Source of the DNA: Bryobacteraceae bacterium
GTDB lineage: Bacteria; Acidobacteriota; Terriglobia; Bryobacterales; Bryobacteraceae
Length of the DNA: 59,111 nucleotides
NCBI GenBank assembly: GCA_050014595.1
Contig: JBEKDA010000036.1
Location: 1 to 59,111, forward strand
Reading direction: 5' to 3'
Made by a program: the position numbers and the translations under genes. Positions 8,727 to 18,200 of the stretch are shown here, one piece after another (position 1 is the first letter of the stretch; each line of letters begins with the position of its first letter). The notes beneath the pieces are model-generated. The model made no database searches. It saw nothing but the letters and a program-made list of their open reading frames with translations, and had not been told where the DNA came from.

Positions 8727-8803
8727 TGGTCGGGGCGGGCAGATTCGAACTGCCGACCCCCTGCGCCCAAGGCAGGTGCGCTACCAGGCTGCGCTACGCC
8801 CCG
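8727..8803 (-). tRNA. tRNA-Pro (anticodon UGG)
   Basis: The reverse complement CGGGGCGTAGCGCAGCCTGGTAGCGCACCTGCCTTGGGCGCAGGGGGTCGGCAGTTCGAATCTGCCCGCCCCGACCA folds as a cloverleaf (7-bp acceptor, D-arm GCGC/GCGC, anticodon stem CCTGC/GCAGG with loop CUUGGGC, T-arm GGCAG-TTCGAAT-CTGCC, encoded CCA). Confidence 0.85.
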
Positions 8804-8869
8804 ACAATTGCTGCTGCCTCAATTCTAGCAGTTTTCAACTTTGCGCCTCCCGGCGCTCGTCATCTTCCT

Positions 8870-10420
8870 CTAAGCGATCGCCACCGTGACTCGGGACTGC
8901 TCGGCCTTTAAGTAGGCGGTGGGGTCGTGCTCCAGGCCCCCTTCCGGCAGCCATTCCCACAAGGGCCCCAAATCCTTGCGCACCTGGTCCACGTAGAACT
9001 GGGGAAGCTCGCTGCTCCGGTGCTCAAAGTAAGGAAGGAATTGCGGGTCGCGGTCCAGCCGGTTCCGAATCTCCTGGTAGTATTTCACCCTTCCCCAACC
9101 TTCCGTCGAAACCGCGCGCACCACGTTCATCCAACGCGCGGTCACCCCTTGCGTCGCCCGGAAGCGCTGAAAGATGGCGCGCGCCGAAAAGGAATACTCG
9201 GTCAGATCGATGACCTGTTCGTAGAAGCTCTGCCACGAATAGTTCTTCGGTTTGACGTTCATGGCCCCGTTATTGTTCAAGAAGTGGAACGGGAAGGGCA
9301 GCACGCGGTTGTTGCGCTGATAATCCAGGTTGAGCGGCGCGGCCCGGCCGAAGGCGGAAAGCAGCGAATAACCTGGAAAAGCCCCCGGAGTCATATCCAG
9401 AAACCGCTTCGTTAGTTCAAAGGGCTCCGGCCCTTCGTCGGTATCCAGTCCCAGCACGAAGTTGGTTTGTATGTATGGGATGTACTTCAGAATCATATTG
9501 ACGTGCTCGGATACCTGGCGGACTTTCTCCATTCCCAGCCGCGCTCCCGTCTTCGACTTATCGCCCAGGGCGAACCACGATTCGACACCGGGTAAGACAC
9601 CTTTGAACCCATTTCTCTGGAGCCGCTTGAGGTGCGGTTCCGAAAGCAGCGACAAACTGCTCTCCGCAACAAAGTCAATGCTGCCCGGAGGCACGGCGTC
9701 TTCGATCATGTCCAGGTAGTCGTCAAACCGGACTCCGAAGTTCGGATCGTGCCAGGCTACCAGCGGCCGCCTGAACTTCTTCCGCAGGAAGCGCAGATCC
9801 TCACGGAGCGCATCGAAGTCCATGGGCTGGTAGGGCACGGTCGCATCAATACAAAAACTGCAAGTATAAGGGCACCCCAGGCTGCCCAGCATGGGAACCA
9901 TCTTCAGCAGTGGCGCCTTCTTGAGCGTCGGGTCGATAAACTGCCAACGCTCGCGCACCCCGGGCAGCGTTCTTGGCTGCTGCCTGGCCGCCATCTGCAC
10001 ACCCATTGGCCGGTGTCGCGAGCGGTCGTGCAGAACGTTATGGAGCGTTTCCTTATCCGTGAAGCCGAGCACGTAGTCGAAGTACCGGGCCGAGTCTTCC
10101 GGATAGCATCGGGCGTGAGGCCCTCCGATCACCGTGATCGCCCCCCTCCGGCGGAAGAGATGGCTCAGGGCGTATGCCGTGTGTGCGGCTTCGGTGAACG
10201 CGCCGATGAATACCACGTCGACGTCGTCCGGTAACTCGGTCAGCAGATCTTCAAAACCGGTGTAGCAGACGAAGGTAACGTCATGGCCCTCCTCTTTGCA
10301 CCAGACGCCAATCACTTGGGGCATGATGCTGGCCAGGCTGGCATTCATAACGCGCGCGTACAGAGCCCGGGTAGGGCCCTTGGACACGATATCGATGATC
10401 CCAATACGCAGTCTTCTCAT
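8870..10420 (-). CDS. B12-binding domain radical SAM protein
   Basis: N-terminal cobalamin-binding-like region (VDVVFIGAFTEAAHTAYALSHLFRRRGAITVIGGPHA) followed by the radical SAM CxxxCxxC motif (GCPYTCSFC). Confidence 0.75.
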   Translation of the reverse strand: MRRLRIGIIDIVSKGPTRALYARVMNASLASIMPQVIGVWCKEEGHDVTFVCYTGFEDLLTELPDDVDVVFIGAFTEAAHTAYALSHLFRRRGAITVIGGPHARCYPEDSARYFDYVLGFTDKETLHNVLHDRSRHRPMGVQMAARQQPRTLPGVRERWQFIDPTLKKAPLLKMVPMLGSLGCPYTCSFCIDATVPYQPMDFDALREDLRFLRKKFRRPLVAWHDPNFGVRFDDYLDMIEDAVPPGSIDFVAESSLSLLSEPHLKRLQRNGFKGVLPGVESWFALGDKSKTGARLGMEKVRQVSEHVNMILKYIPYIQTNFVLGLDTDEGPEPFELTKRFLDMTPGAFPGYSLLSAFGRAAPLNLDYQRNNRVLPFPFHFLNNNGAMNVKPKNYSWQSFYEQVIDLTEYSFSARAIFQRFRATQGVTARWMNVVRAVSTEGWGRVKYYQEIRNRLDRDPQFLPYFEHRSSELPQFYVDQVRKDLGPLWEWLPEGGLEHDPTAYLKAEQSRVTVAIA

Positions 10421-10709
10421 GTGTGCTCCCAGGCAGCGCATCCTTTAATTCCCGTGAATTCCCGACGACGTGTGACCCAGTTTTGAAGGATTCCCGGGCT
10501 GGGGGCGTCACTGAGCGAAGTCCTGCCCTACTGGCGGCTGCCATGACCCGCTGTCCAGGACTTCTAGTTGCGCCATCCAGTATACACTAGTCCATGCGCG
10601 CGGAGGTGGTCAAAACAGGACACTGCCCGGAAATAGGGTAGTGTGGCTGCACTGCCCGGGACGAGCCCGGCACAGTGGGTGTCTCTCCGAAGCGTTGCGG
10701 GGCTGCGCG

Positions 10710-12509
10710 CTACCGGGATGCTGCCGGCCGCGTGGTGTCATAGATGTACAGCGAGTGGCCGGCGATCGCCAGAGGCGGCGTGCGGCGCAGCCAGTCGCTG
10801 GCTCCCGGGTATGCGGGTATGCGCGCCACCATGTGCGCGGTAACTGCGTACAATCCCGGCTGCGGTTCCACCGCCAGGTCGTTGGGATCGAGCTTGTGAT
10901 AGCGGATGCCGTAGACCTCCGCCGGGAACCCGAAAGTGTTCAAGAGCAGGATCTCGCGGCCCGCCGCGTTGCGGCGAAGCCAGGTCTTCAACTGCTTCAG
11001 ACTCTGGCCCCAATCGACATTGCTGTCGTCCAGCCAGAGCGGCCCGCAGCGTGTGCCTCCATCCAGTCCGATTTCGCCGGGATCGCGCAACAGGCAGGCG
11101 GATTCGTTGAAGTAAGGCAGGTGGTCGGGATAGACTCCCAGCGCGGCCACCACCACCCACGCGCACAGAATCACGGCAGCGGCGCGCGCCCACCAGGCCG
11201 TCATGCGAAAGAGCGTTGCCAGGCCGACGCCGCCCAGCAGGTGACCGAACGGAAATGCGGGCATTACGTAACGCACCCCCACTTCGTCGGCCAGAATCGC
11301 GGCGCCCAGAAACATGGCCGCCGGCGGAAGCAGGAGAAACAGCTTCGCGGTGATGGAAATCCTCTTGCTGCGAACCAGCGCCACCAGGCCGATAGCCGCC
11401 AGAACGACGGTGGCCAGCGGTTCCTTCAACAGCCAGGCGAACACGAAGTAACTCAAGAATCGGTCTTGAATCCGGCCGGCGAAGTAGATCGGGTAGTCCT
11501 TGATATGGTCGGCATTGACCCTCTGGAAACCTTTGACGTAGAGGAGCGGGTCGCTCGAGAACAGATAGACCGCCTGAATCACTACCACTGCCAGCACACA
11601 CATCACCAGGAAGGCGTAGAGGAACGGAAGCGCTTTGCGGAGCCGATCTGGCCTGAGAGGTGAAGCGGGCCTTGCTGCTCCGGTTGCGCCGTGGCACGCC
11701 TTGAACTTCTTACCGCTGCCGCAGGGGCACGGATCGTTGCGGCCGGCTCGGTAACGCGGCGCGGCGCTGGGCGCTTCGACGTCCGCTTCGGGGGGCCATA
11801 GCGCCGATGCCAGCAGCAGCACCGGAATCACCGGAAGCATCAGCACGGCTGAAAACTTCGTGCAGAGCAGCGCTCCCAATGCCAAGCCGCAAAGCGCCAG
11901 CCGCTTCCTGCCGGGGTGCCGCACATAGTTCCACAGCGCAAAGAGAAACAGCACCAGGGCCGCGGTGATGCCCACGTCGGTGGTAACCAGATACGAGTGG
12001 CCCAGAATAGTGGGATCCATGGTGTACAGCAACACGGCGCCGGCCGCCGCCAGTCCGCCTGTGAGCTGACGCCCCCACAAAAAAAGCACCGCCGCCAGCA
12101 TGGCGGCCACCAATAGCAGCGGCGCGCGCGCCCACATCATCACGCGGTCGGCGCCGTTGGCGGCGATCAACTGGTCGCCAATCGCCCATTCCGGCTGCTC
12201 TCCCGGCTTCAGTTCACCCTGAGTCAGATGCGCGGTCTCCGCATTGCGCGGCCAACGGATGCCGCCTGCCAGCAGTGACAGCGCGGCCAATTCCTTCATC
12301 AGCGGCGGATGCTGAGGGTTTGCGCGAAACGTGTGGGTTTCCAAATACGACAGGCCCGCGGCAATGTGCGGAGGCTCGTCCGAAGTCGGGCTCTTCAGCC
12401 GGCTCTCCAGGAATGCCTGCAGCAGAAAAATCAGGACCAGGGCAGCCGCCGCCAGGCCCAGCAGCCGCGACTCACGTTTCGCTGAAGGCATCGCCGCACA
12501 TTTTAACAT
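10710..12509 (-). CDS. Glycosyltransferase family 39 (ArnT/PMT-like) polytopic membrane protein with an embedded SEC-C zinc-binding motif
   Basis: Multi-TM N-terminal half typical of GT39/ArnT-like proteins. The SEC-C-type motif RNDPCPCGSGKKFKACHG lies in a Pro-rich hydrophilic loop. Confidence 0.65.
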   Translation of the reverse strand: MLKCAAMPSAKRESRLLGLAAAALVLIFLLQAFLESRLKSPTSDEPPHIAAGLSYLETHTFRANPQHPPLMKELAALSLLAGGIRWPRNAETAHLTQGELKPGEQPEWAIGDQLIAANGADRVMMWARAPLLLVAAMLAAVLFLWGRQLTGGLAAAGAVLLYTMDPTILGHSYLVTTDVGITAALVLFLFALWNYVRHPGRKRLALCGLALGALLCTKFSAVLMLPVIPVLLLASALWPPEADVEAPSAAPRYRAGRNDPCPCGSGKKFKACHGATGAARPASPLRPDRLRKALPFLYAFLVMCVLAVVVIQAVYLFSSDPLLYVKGFQRVNADHIKDYPIYFAGRIQDRFLSYFVFAWLLKEPLATVVLAAIGLVALVRSKRISITAKLFLLLPPAAMFLGAAILADEVGVRYVMPAFPFGHLLGGVGLATLFRMTAWWARAAAVILCAWVVVAALGVYPDHLPYFNESACLLRDPGEIGLDGGTRCGPLWLDDSNVDWGQSLKQLKTWLRRNAAGREILLLNTFGFPAEVYGIRYHKLDPNDLAVEPQPGLYAVTAHMVARIPAYPGASDWLRRTPPLAIAGHSLYIYDTTRPAASR

Positions 12510-12525
12510 CCGCTCTCGGCCTGGC

Positions 12526-13116
12526 TCATGTTTCCAGGGGCCCGGTCTGGAGGAGCCAGGCCGAGCGGCGCGCTATGGCGAAGCGCATCATGGCGACCAG
12601 CCGCCGCATGCTGCGGCTCCAGTCTGGGAACAGGTCGACATACTGCAACTCCCGCTGGATCGAACGCGGTATGGGACAGCGGTTTAGCCGAACCGGCACG
12701 ATGAAAATCTCATCCAGGGGAATCTCGCGGGCACAGTCCAATGCGTACCGAATCTCCGCTTGGAATCCGCCTTTCTTGCGGACGGAGTTCCCGGAATAAC
12801 ACGCCACAAAAAAATCCGACGTCTCGATGGCGGCTTCGATGGCCCGCGGCCAGTTTTGCCCGGGCAGCAGCTTGCGGACGTCCATCCAGGGGCTGAAGCC
12901 GGCGGCTTCCAAGGCGTCGCAGAGCCGCTCGGCGTGCTCCGCATCCTCTTTTACATAGGCGACGAATACCTGAGGAAGCCGGCGCGGCTCAAAGCGGAAG
13001 CCATTGACAGCGTCTGGTAGAAACGAACCCAATCCGTCGATTTCTACCACATTGCCGGCCGCCAGCCCCCTGATCACGACCTGTGCCAGTTGTTCCAAAG
13101 CGGAGTATTCAGCCAT
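12526..13116 (-). CDS. TIR-domain protein with an N-terminal partial HU/IHF-like segment
   Basis: TIR signature: PQVFVAYVKEDAEHAERLCDALEAAGFSPWMDVRKLLPGQNWPRAIEAAIETSDFFVACYSGNSVRKKGGFQAEIRYAL (betaA FVAY, W.D, and the conserved Glu in SxxxxxxAEI). The N-terminal ALEQLAQVVIRGLAAGNVVEIDGLGSF resembles the HU helix-2/strand-1 (…V.LPGFG.F). Confidence 0.7.
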   Translation of the reverse strand: MAEYSALEQLAQVVIRGLAAGNVVEIDGLGSFLPDAVNGFRFEPRRLPQVFVAYVKEDAEHAERLCDALEAAGFSPWMDVRKLLPGQNWPRAIEAAIETSDFFVACYSGNSVRKKGGFQAEIRYALDCAREIPLDEIFIVPVRLNRCPIPRSIQRELQYVDLFPDWSRSMRRLVAMMRFAIARRSAWLLQTGPLET

Positions 13117-13318
13117 GGGAGCCGCCTTCGTCCCGTTGAAACGCTACGCGCCCATCGGGACCTTGCGTAAACTTGCCCAGCCCGGGCAGGGCAGCGTCCA
13201 TTCCGGCACGCAGGTCGGAGACGATCTGGTGGACTACGCGATCCAGTTCGTCCGCCGCCTCGGCTTGGCTGACGCCGGCCCGGCGAGCCATCCGTTTGGC
13301 AATATCAGGCTTCTTCAT
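13109..13318 (-). CDS. Small HU/IHF-like N-terminal-domain protein (69 aa), overlapping the TIR gene by 8 nt
   Basis: MKKPDIAKRMARRAGVSQAEAADELDRVVHQIVSDLRAGMDAALPGLGKF matches the HU N-terminal helix-turn-helix plus first strand (M.K.eli..ia...gls...a..al.a..…G..v.LpGfG.F). The C-terminal DNA-binding arm of true HU is absent. Confidence 0.45.
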   Translation of the reverse strand: MKKPDIAKRMARRAGVSQAEAADELDRVVHQIVSDLRAGMDAALPGLGKFTQGPDGRVAFQRDEGGSHG

Positions 13319-13558
13319 CCGCTTTTAATGTAACAGCGGTGTGTCCGGAAAGCGGCCGGGCGGCGCGCCAGCCAAGCCCGTAATTCATTCAAAACACAAC
13401 CACTTCCATCCATTCAAAAAATGTGCAAGTAGTTGTGATCGGAATTTTGACGATTAGATGAAGTGATTTTAATTACGGATTAAGAGATCCTTCATGTGCC
13501 GTTCGCTATGATTACCCCAGACGACCATAATGGTCGCAATCCAAAGGAGAACCGCCAA

Positions 13559-13726
13559 ATGAAGAAACTGATGACGCTGATGGCCGCTGTCGCCCTCACT
13601 TTCGGTGCCGTTACCATGTATGCTGCACCCCAGAAGACCAAGAGCACCACTGTTACCAAGAGCACCAAGACCGCCACTGCCAAGGGCACCAAGACCGTCA
13701 AAAAGAGCACGAAAACTACTAAGTAG
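13559..13726 (+). CDS. Small secreted Lys/Thr-rich repeat peptide (signal peptide + K/T repeats)
   Basis: AAGGAG Shine-Dalgarno 8 nt upstream of the ATG. MKKLMTLMAAVALTFGAVTMYA is a signal peptide. The mature part is repeats of TKSTxVTKSTKTATAKGTKTVKKSTKTTK. Confidence 0.5.
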   Translation: MKKLMTLMAAVALTFGAVTMYAAPQKTKSTTVTKSTKTATAKGTKTVKKSTKTTK

Positions 13727-14023
13727 TAACCCGGCTTCCACGAGCCAAATTTTGCTGGGAGCCGCGTAGTGCCATGCAGCCTGCGCGGCAATCCAGTCCC
13801 TCCTTTTTTCTCCTTTGATTCCAATCCTCTTTCTATTCAGACTCCCTTTTCCTCCTCGTCAAGTAGCCCTTTAGAGTCATATATATATAGCCCTTTTGAG
13901 CTATTATATAAGTGTTTTGTTTTCAAATGCTTGCGTGTGCCGGTCGGACCTCGGCTGGGTAACGCCCCACAGTCACCCTGCGCCTCTGCTGATGTCTATG
14001 GACATTGGTAACAGGACTGGCCG

Positions 14024-15142
14024 ATGAAGGGAATGTTTCTAGTTCTTTCTTTACTTTGGGTTGAGTGTTCCGGCCATGCTCAGGCGGCACAGGCCACCGC
14101 TCCCGCCCGGGCGCAAGTGGCGGGCACAGTCACGAGTGTCGCCGCCCAAGCCAGTCAGTTTGTGATGAAGACGGATAAGGGCGACAGCATTACTGTCACC
14201 ACCACCGATAAGACGGTGATCCTGCACATGCCGGCCGGTGTGACCGACGTGCAAAAAGGGATCAAGATGACGGTTGGCGAAATGGCCGCCGGAGATCGCG
14301 TGGTGGCCTACTACAAGGGTGCTGCCGACGAAAAAGCCGTGCAGGCCACTTCGCTGGTGGTCCGGACGACCGCCGATCTCGCTGAGATCGCCAAGCAGGA
14401 ACTGGCGGACTGGCGCAAACGGGGCACGGTCGGTACCGTGACCGCGACGGACCCGGCCGCTAAGACCATCACTTTGAAGGTGGGATCGAAGACCGTCACC
14501 GTGACGGCATCGGATAAGACCGAGTACCACCGTTATTCGCTGGATTCCGCCAAACCGGCCGATGCCAAGGCCAGCTCGTTTGCGGAGATCAAGGTGGGCG
14601 ATCAGGCTCACGTGCTGGGGAACAAGAACGAAGACGGCGCCGCCACCACCGCCGAATCCATTTATGCCGGGACGTTCCGCCAAATGGCGGCGACCATCGT
14701 CTCGATCAATGCGGCGGCGGGTGAAATGCAGGTCAAGGATCTGGCGATCAAGAAGCCGCAGCCGCTGACCATCCGGGTGGATTCCGACTCCGTCATGAAG
14801 AAGCTGGATCCTGGGATGGCAGACTCGCTGGCCCGCCGTTACGGTGCTGGCCGGGGCCAGGATCAGGCCGGTGCGGGAGCCGGCAGGGGCGCACCCGGGC
14901 GCGCAGGACGTGGCGGAGGAGGGGATGTCGGACAGATGCTCGACCGTCTGCCGGCCATGCCGCTCTCCGCACTGAAAGCCGGCGACGCTGTCATGGTCTC
15001 TACCACCATGGGTACCGACCCGACGCGCGTTACCGTCATCATGCTCCTCGCGGGAGTCGAGCCGATTCTCACCGCGGCCCCCAGCGCTACGCGCGACCTC
15101 ATGGGCGGCTGGCTGAGCGGCGGTGGTGGCGAGGGTAACTAA
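14024..15142 (+). CDS. Secreted repetitive beta-rich protein (DUF5666-like repeats), function unknown
   Basis: Signal peptide MKGMFLVLSLLWVECSGHAQA. Repeated modules of the form K(T)ITVTT.DKTV…GDRV. Located immediately upstream of a TonB-dependent receptor. Confidence 0.55.
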   Translation: MKGMFLVLSLLWVECSGHAQAAQATAPARAQVAGTVTSVAAQASQFVMKTDKGDSITVTTTDKTVILHMPAGVTDVQKGIKMTVGEMAAGDRVVAYYKGAADEKAVQATSLVVRTTADLAEIAKQELADWRKRGTVGTVTATDPAAKTITLKVGSKTVTVTASDKTEYHRYSLDSAKPADAKASSFAEIKVGDQAHVLGNKNEDGAATTAESIYAGTFRQMAATIVSINAAAGEMQVKDLAIKKPQPLTIRVDSDSVMKKLDPGMADSLARRYGAGRGQDQAGAGAGRGAPGRAGRGGGGDVGQMLDRLPAMPLSALKAGDAVMVSTTMGTDPTRVTVIMLLAGVEPILTAAPSATRDLMGGWLSGGGGEGN

Positions 15143-15207
15143 ACCGGGACCACGAGAGTCCCTAAATAGAGCTTCGGGATTTCGATCAAGGCAGTACTTG
15201 AGGGAGT

Positions 15208-18200
15208 ATGAACAACTTGCGCAGGTCAGTTTTTTTGTTTTTAGGAGTTGCATGGGTCGCATCGGTTGCTGCGGCCCAGCCATCCGCCGGAACGGTCAAA
15301 GGCGTTCTGACCGACGAGTCGGGCGCGGGCATTCCAGCCGCCACGCTGACGATTTCCAACACCGCCGGCAAACGCGCGGCACAATCGCAGCCGGACGGCA
15401 CTTACACATTTTCGGGCGTCCAGCCGGGCGATTACACCTTAAGTGTGACCTACCCGGGCTTCGCCACGTATAACAAGGCGGTGACGGTGAACGCCGGGGC
15501 CACGGTGCAACTGCCGGTCCAACTTACGGTCACCACCGAGAAACAGGAAATCACCGTGAAGGGCGAACTGGGTCCCAGCATCAGCGTGGAGCCCGACAAC
15601 AACGCGACCGCGCTGGTGATCAAAGGTGACGACCTCATGGCGCTGCCGGACGATCCCGACGACTTGGCTGACGCCCTGCAAGCGCTGGCCGGTCCCGGCG
15701 CAGGTCCCAACGGCGGCCAGATTTACATCGACGGCTTCACTGGAGGCCAGTTGCCCCCCAAGGAATCCATCCGCGAGATCCGCATCAATCAGAATCCCTT
15801 TTCTGCCGAATACGACAGCTTGGGAATGGGACGCATCGAGATCCTCACCAAGCCGGGCACCGACAAATACCGGGGCAGCGCGTTCTTCAACGATACGGAT
15901 GCCACGTGGGACTCGCGCAACCCATTCGCCAGCAACAAGCCGCCCTACTCCGTTCGATACTACGGCGCCAACGTCGGAGGCCCCATCAACCACAAGACAT
16001 CCTTTAACTTCGATATCAACCGGCGCCAGGTCCAGGACAACGCCATCACCAACGCGTTTTACGTGGACCCCACCAGTTTCAATGTCACCCATTTGACTGA
16101 CTCCCTGGTGACACCGAACTATAACACCACCATCACGCCGCGTCTGGATTACCAATTCACCTCCAACAGCACTCTCACCGTGCGATTCGAGGAGCGCTTC
16201 AACTCACATGACAATGCGGGCTATGGCCGGAGCACCCTTCCGCCGCCCTACAGCGTGACGGGCTTCCCCAACGCCGCGGGCTACAACTCGACTGGCGACG
16301 GCCAGAACCTGATGGTGACAGAGACCACGATTGTCACTTCCCACCTGGTCAACGAGACCCGGTTTCAGTTCACGCGGAACTTCTCCCAGTCGTTGGGCAA
16401 TCTCATTCCCAGTATCGGCGTGGCGGGTGAATTCTCCACCGGCGGCAACGGCATTGGGAACAATTACGACACAGGCAAACACTTCGAGCTCACGAATATC
16501 AGCACTTATGTGCACGGCGCACACACCTTCCACATGGGCGCGCGCGCCCGGCGGGAGTCCGACCAGAAACAGAGTCCGTCGGGCTTTAATGGCTCGTTCA
16601 GTTTTCAGGGCGGCAACGAGCCGGTATTGAATGTAGCCAACCAGATTGTGTACGATTCGAGCGGCAACGAGGAAATCACGCACCTCACCGCGCTCCAGCA
16701 GTACATTCGGAACCTGCAATTGCTGCAGGCCGGGTTCAATGAAGCGCAAGTCCAGGTGCTGGGGGGAGGACCGAGCAAGTTCAGTATCGAGGCAGGACTG
16801 CCGTACGTCAGCATGATCCGTTGGGACGCCAGCCCGTTCATCCAGGACGACTGGCGCATCCGCCCGAACTTCACGTTGAGCCTGGGTCTGCGATACGAGG
16901 TTCAATCGTTGATGAGCGATTACGGGGACTGGGCGCCGCGTATCGGTTTCGCGTGGGCTCCCGGTTCGGCCAAGAACGGCCGGCAGAAGACCGTGATCCG
17001 CGGCGGTTACGGAGAGTTCTACAACCGCACGGCCCTCGGGCCCTTCGAGAACGCCTTCTTGAACAACGGCGTCAGGCAGTTGGAATACACCGTAACCAAC
17101 CCCGTCTTCTACCCCAACATCCCCAGCCTTTCGGCGCTCAACCCGGGCCAGAATACCACCAACATTGTGGATCCCAAGCTGAAGGCTTACCGCAGCTTGC
17201 AGAGCGCCATCGGGGTGGAGCGCCAGTTGCCTTGGAATACCACCGTGGCAGTCACTTATACCAACCTCCGCGGCAACCACTTGACGCAGAATGTGCCGAT
17301 CAATACGCCTTACCCGGGTACTTACAATTACTTACTCGGCGCGCCCAGTCCCACTAACGGCGTGTTCCCGTATGGTTACGCGGCCGGTAACATATACGAG
17401 ATGGAATCCGGCGGCATCCTGAAGCAGGACATCCTGATGTTCAACTTTAATACGCGCTTCAGCCGGCGCGTGTCTCTCCAGGGGAATTATCAGTATACGC
17501 ATGCCAACGATCTTCCCGGCACGCCGACCAATCCCTACAATTTCGCGCAGGACTGGGGAACCTCGAACCTGAACCGGCGCTCCAATTTAACCGTCATCGG
17601 CACCGTACAAGGTCCCTTCAAGATTTCGATGGCCCCCACCATCGTGGCCCACTCCGGAGCTCCTTACGACGTTTCAGTGGGCCAGGACGTGTACGGCGAC
17701 AACGGCACCGCCCGCGCGTTCTTCGCCGCGGCCGGCAGCGCGTGTAATGTAAACGGCGTGGTCTGTACGCCGCTCGGGAATTTCAGCACGAATTACCCGC
17801 TGGGGACTGCCCTGAACGGCTCCGTCATTCCACCCAATCTGGTGCCGCGGAACTACCTGACCATGGCCGGCACTTACTCGATCAACATGCGCATCTATCG
17901 CGTGTTTGGATTTGGTCCGAAGCGCAGCGCCGAGGCCATGGCTGCCGCTGCCGCTAGCGGGGCCGGCGGACGCGGCGGTGGTGGTGGTTTCAGCGGCGGT
18001 GGTGGCGGTCGCGGCGGTGGTGGCGGCGGTGGTGGCGGACGCGGCGGCGGTGGCGGTGGAATGCGCATGGGTCCGGCCACGGGAGGCCGCGGCGGTGGGA
18101 CCACCGCGTCGGACCGGCGGTACAGCATCCAGGTTGGGGCCAACATCTCCAACATGCTGAACCACCTCAACCCCGGCGGATACTCCGGCGTCCTGACCTC

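Noticed and set aside
17930-18110. GGC/GGT-rich repetitive DNA that could be mistaken for a repeat array or CRISPR
   Set aside because: It encodes the in-frame Gly/Arg-rich linker (GGRGGGGG…) inside the TonB-dependent receptor. There are no spacer-repeat periodicities and no cas genes. No CRISPR array was found anywhere in the window.
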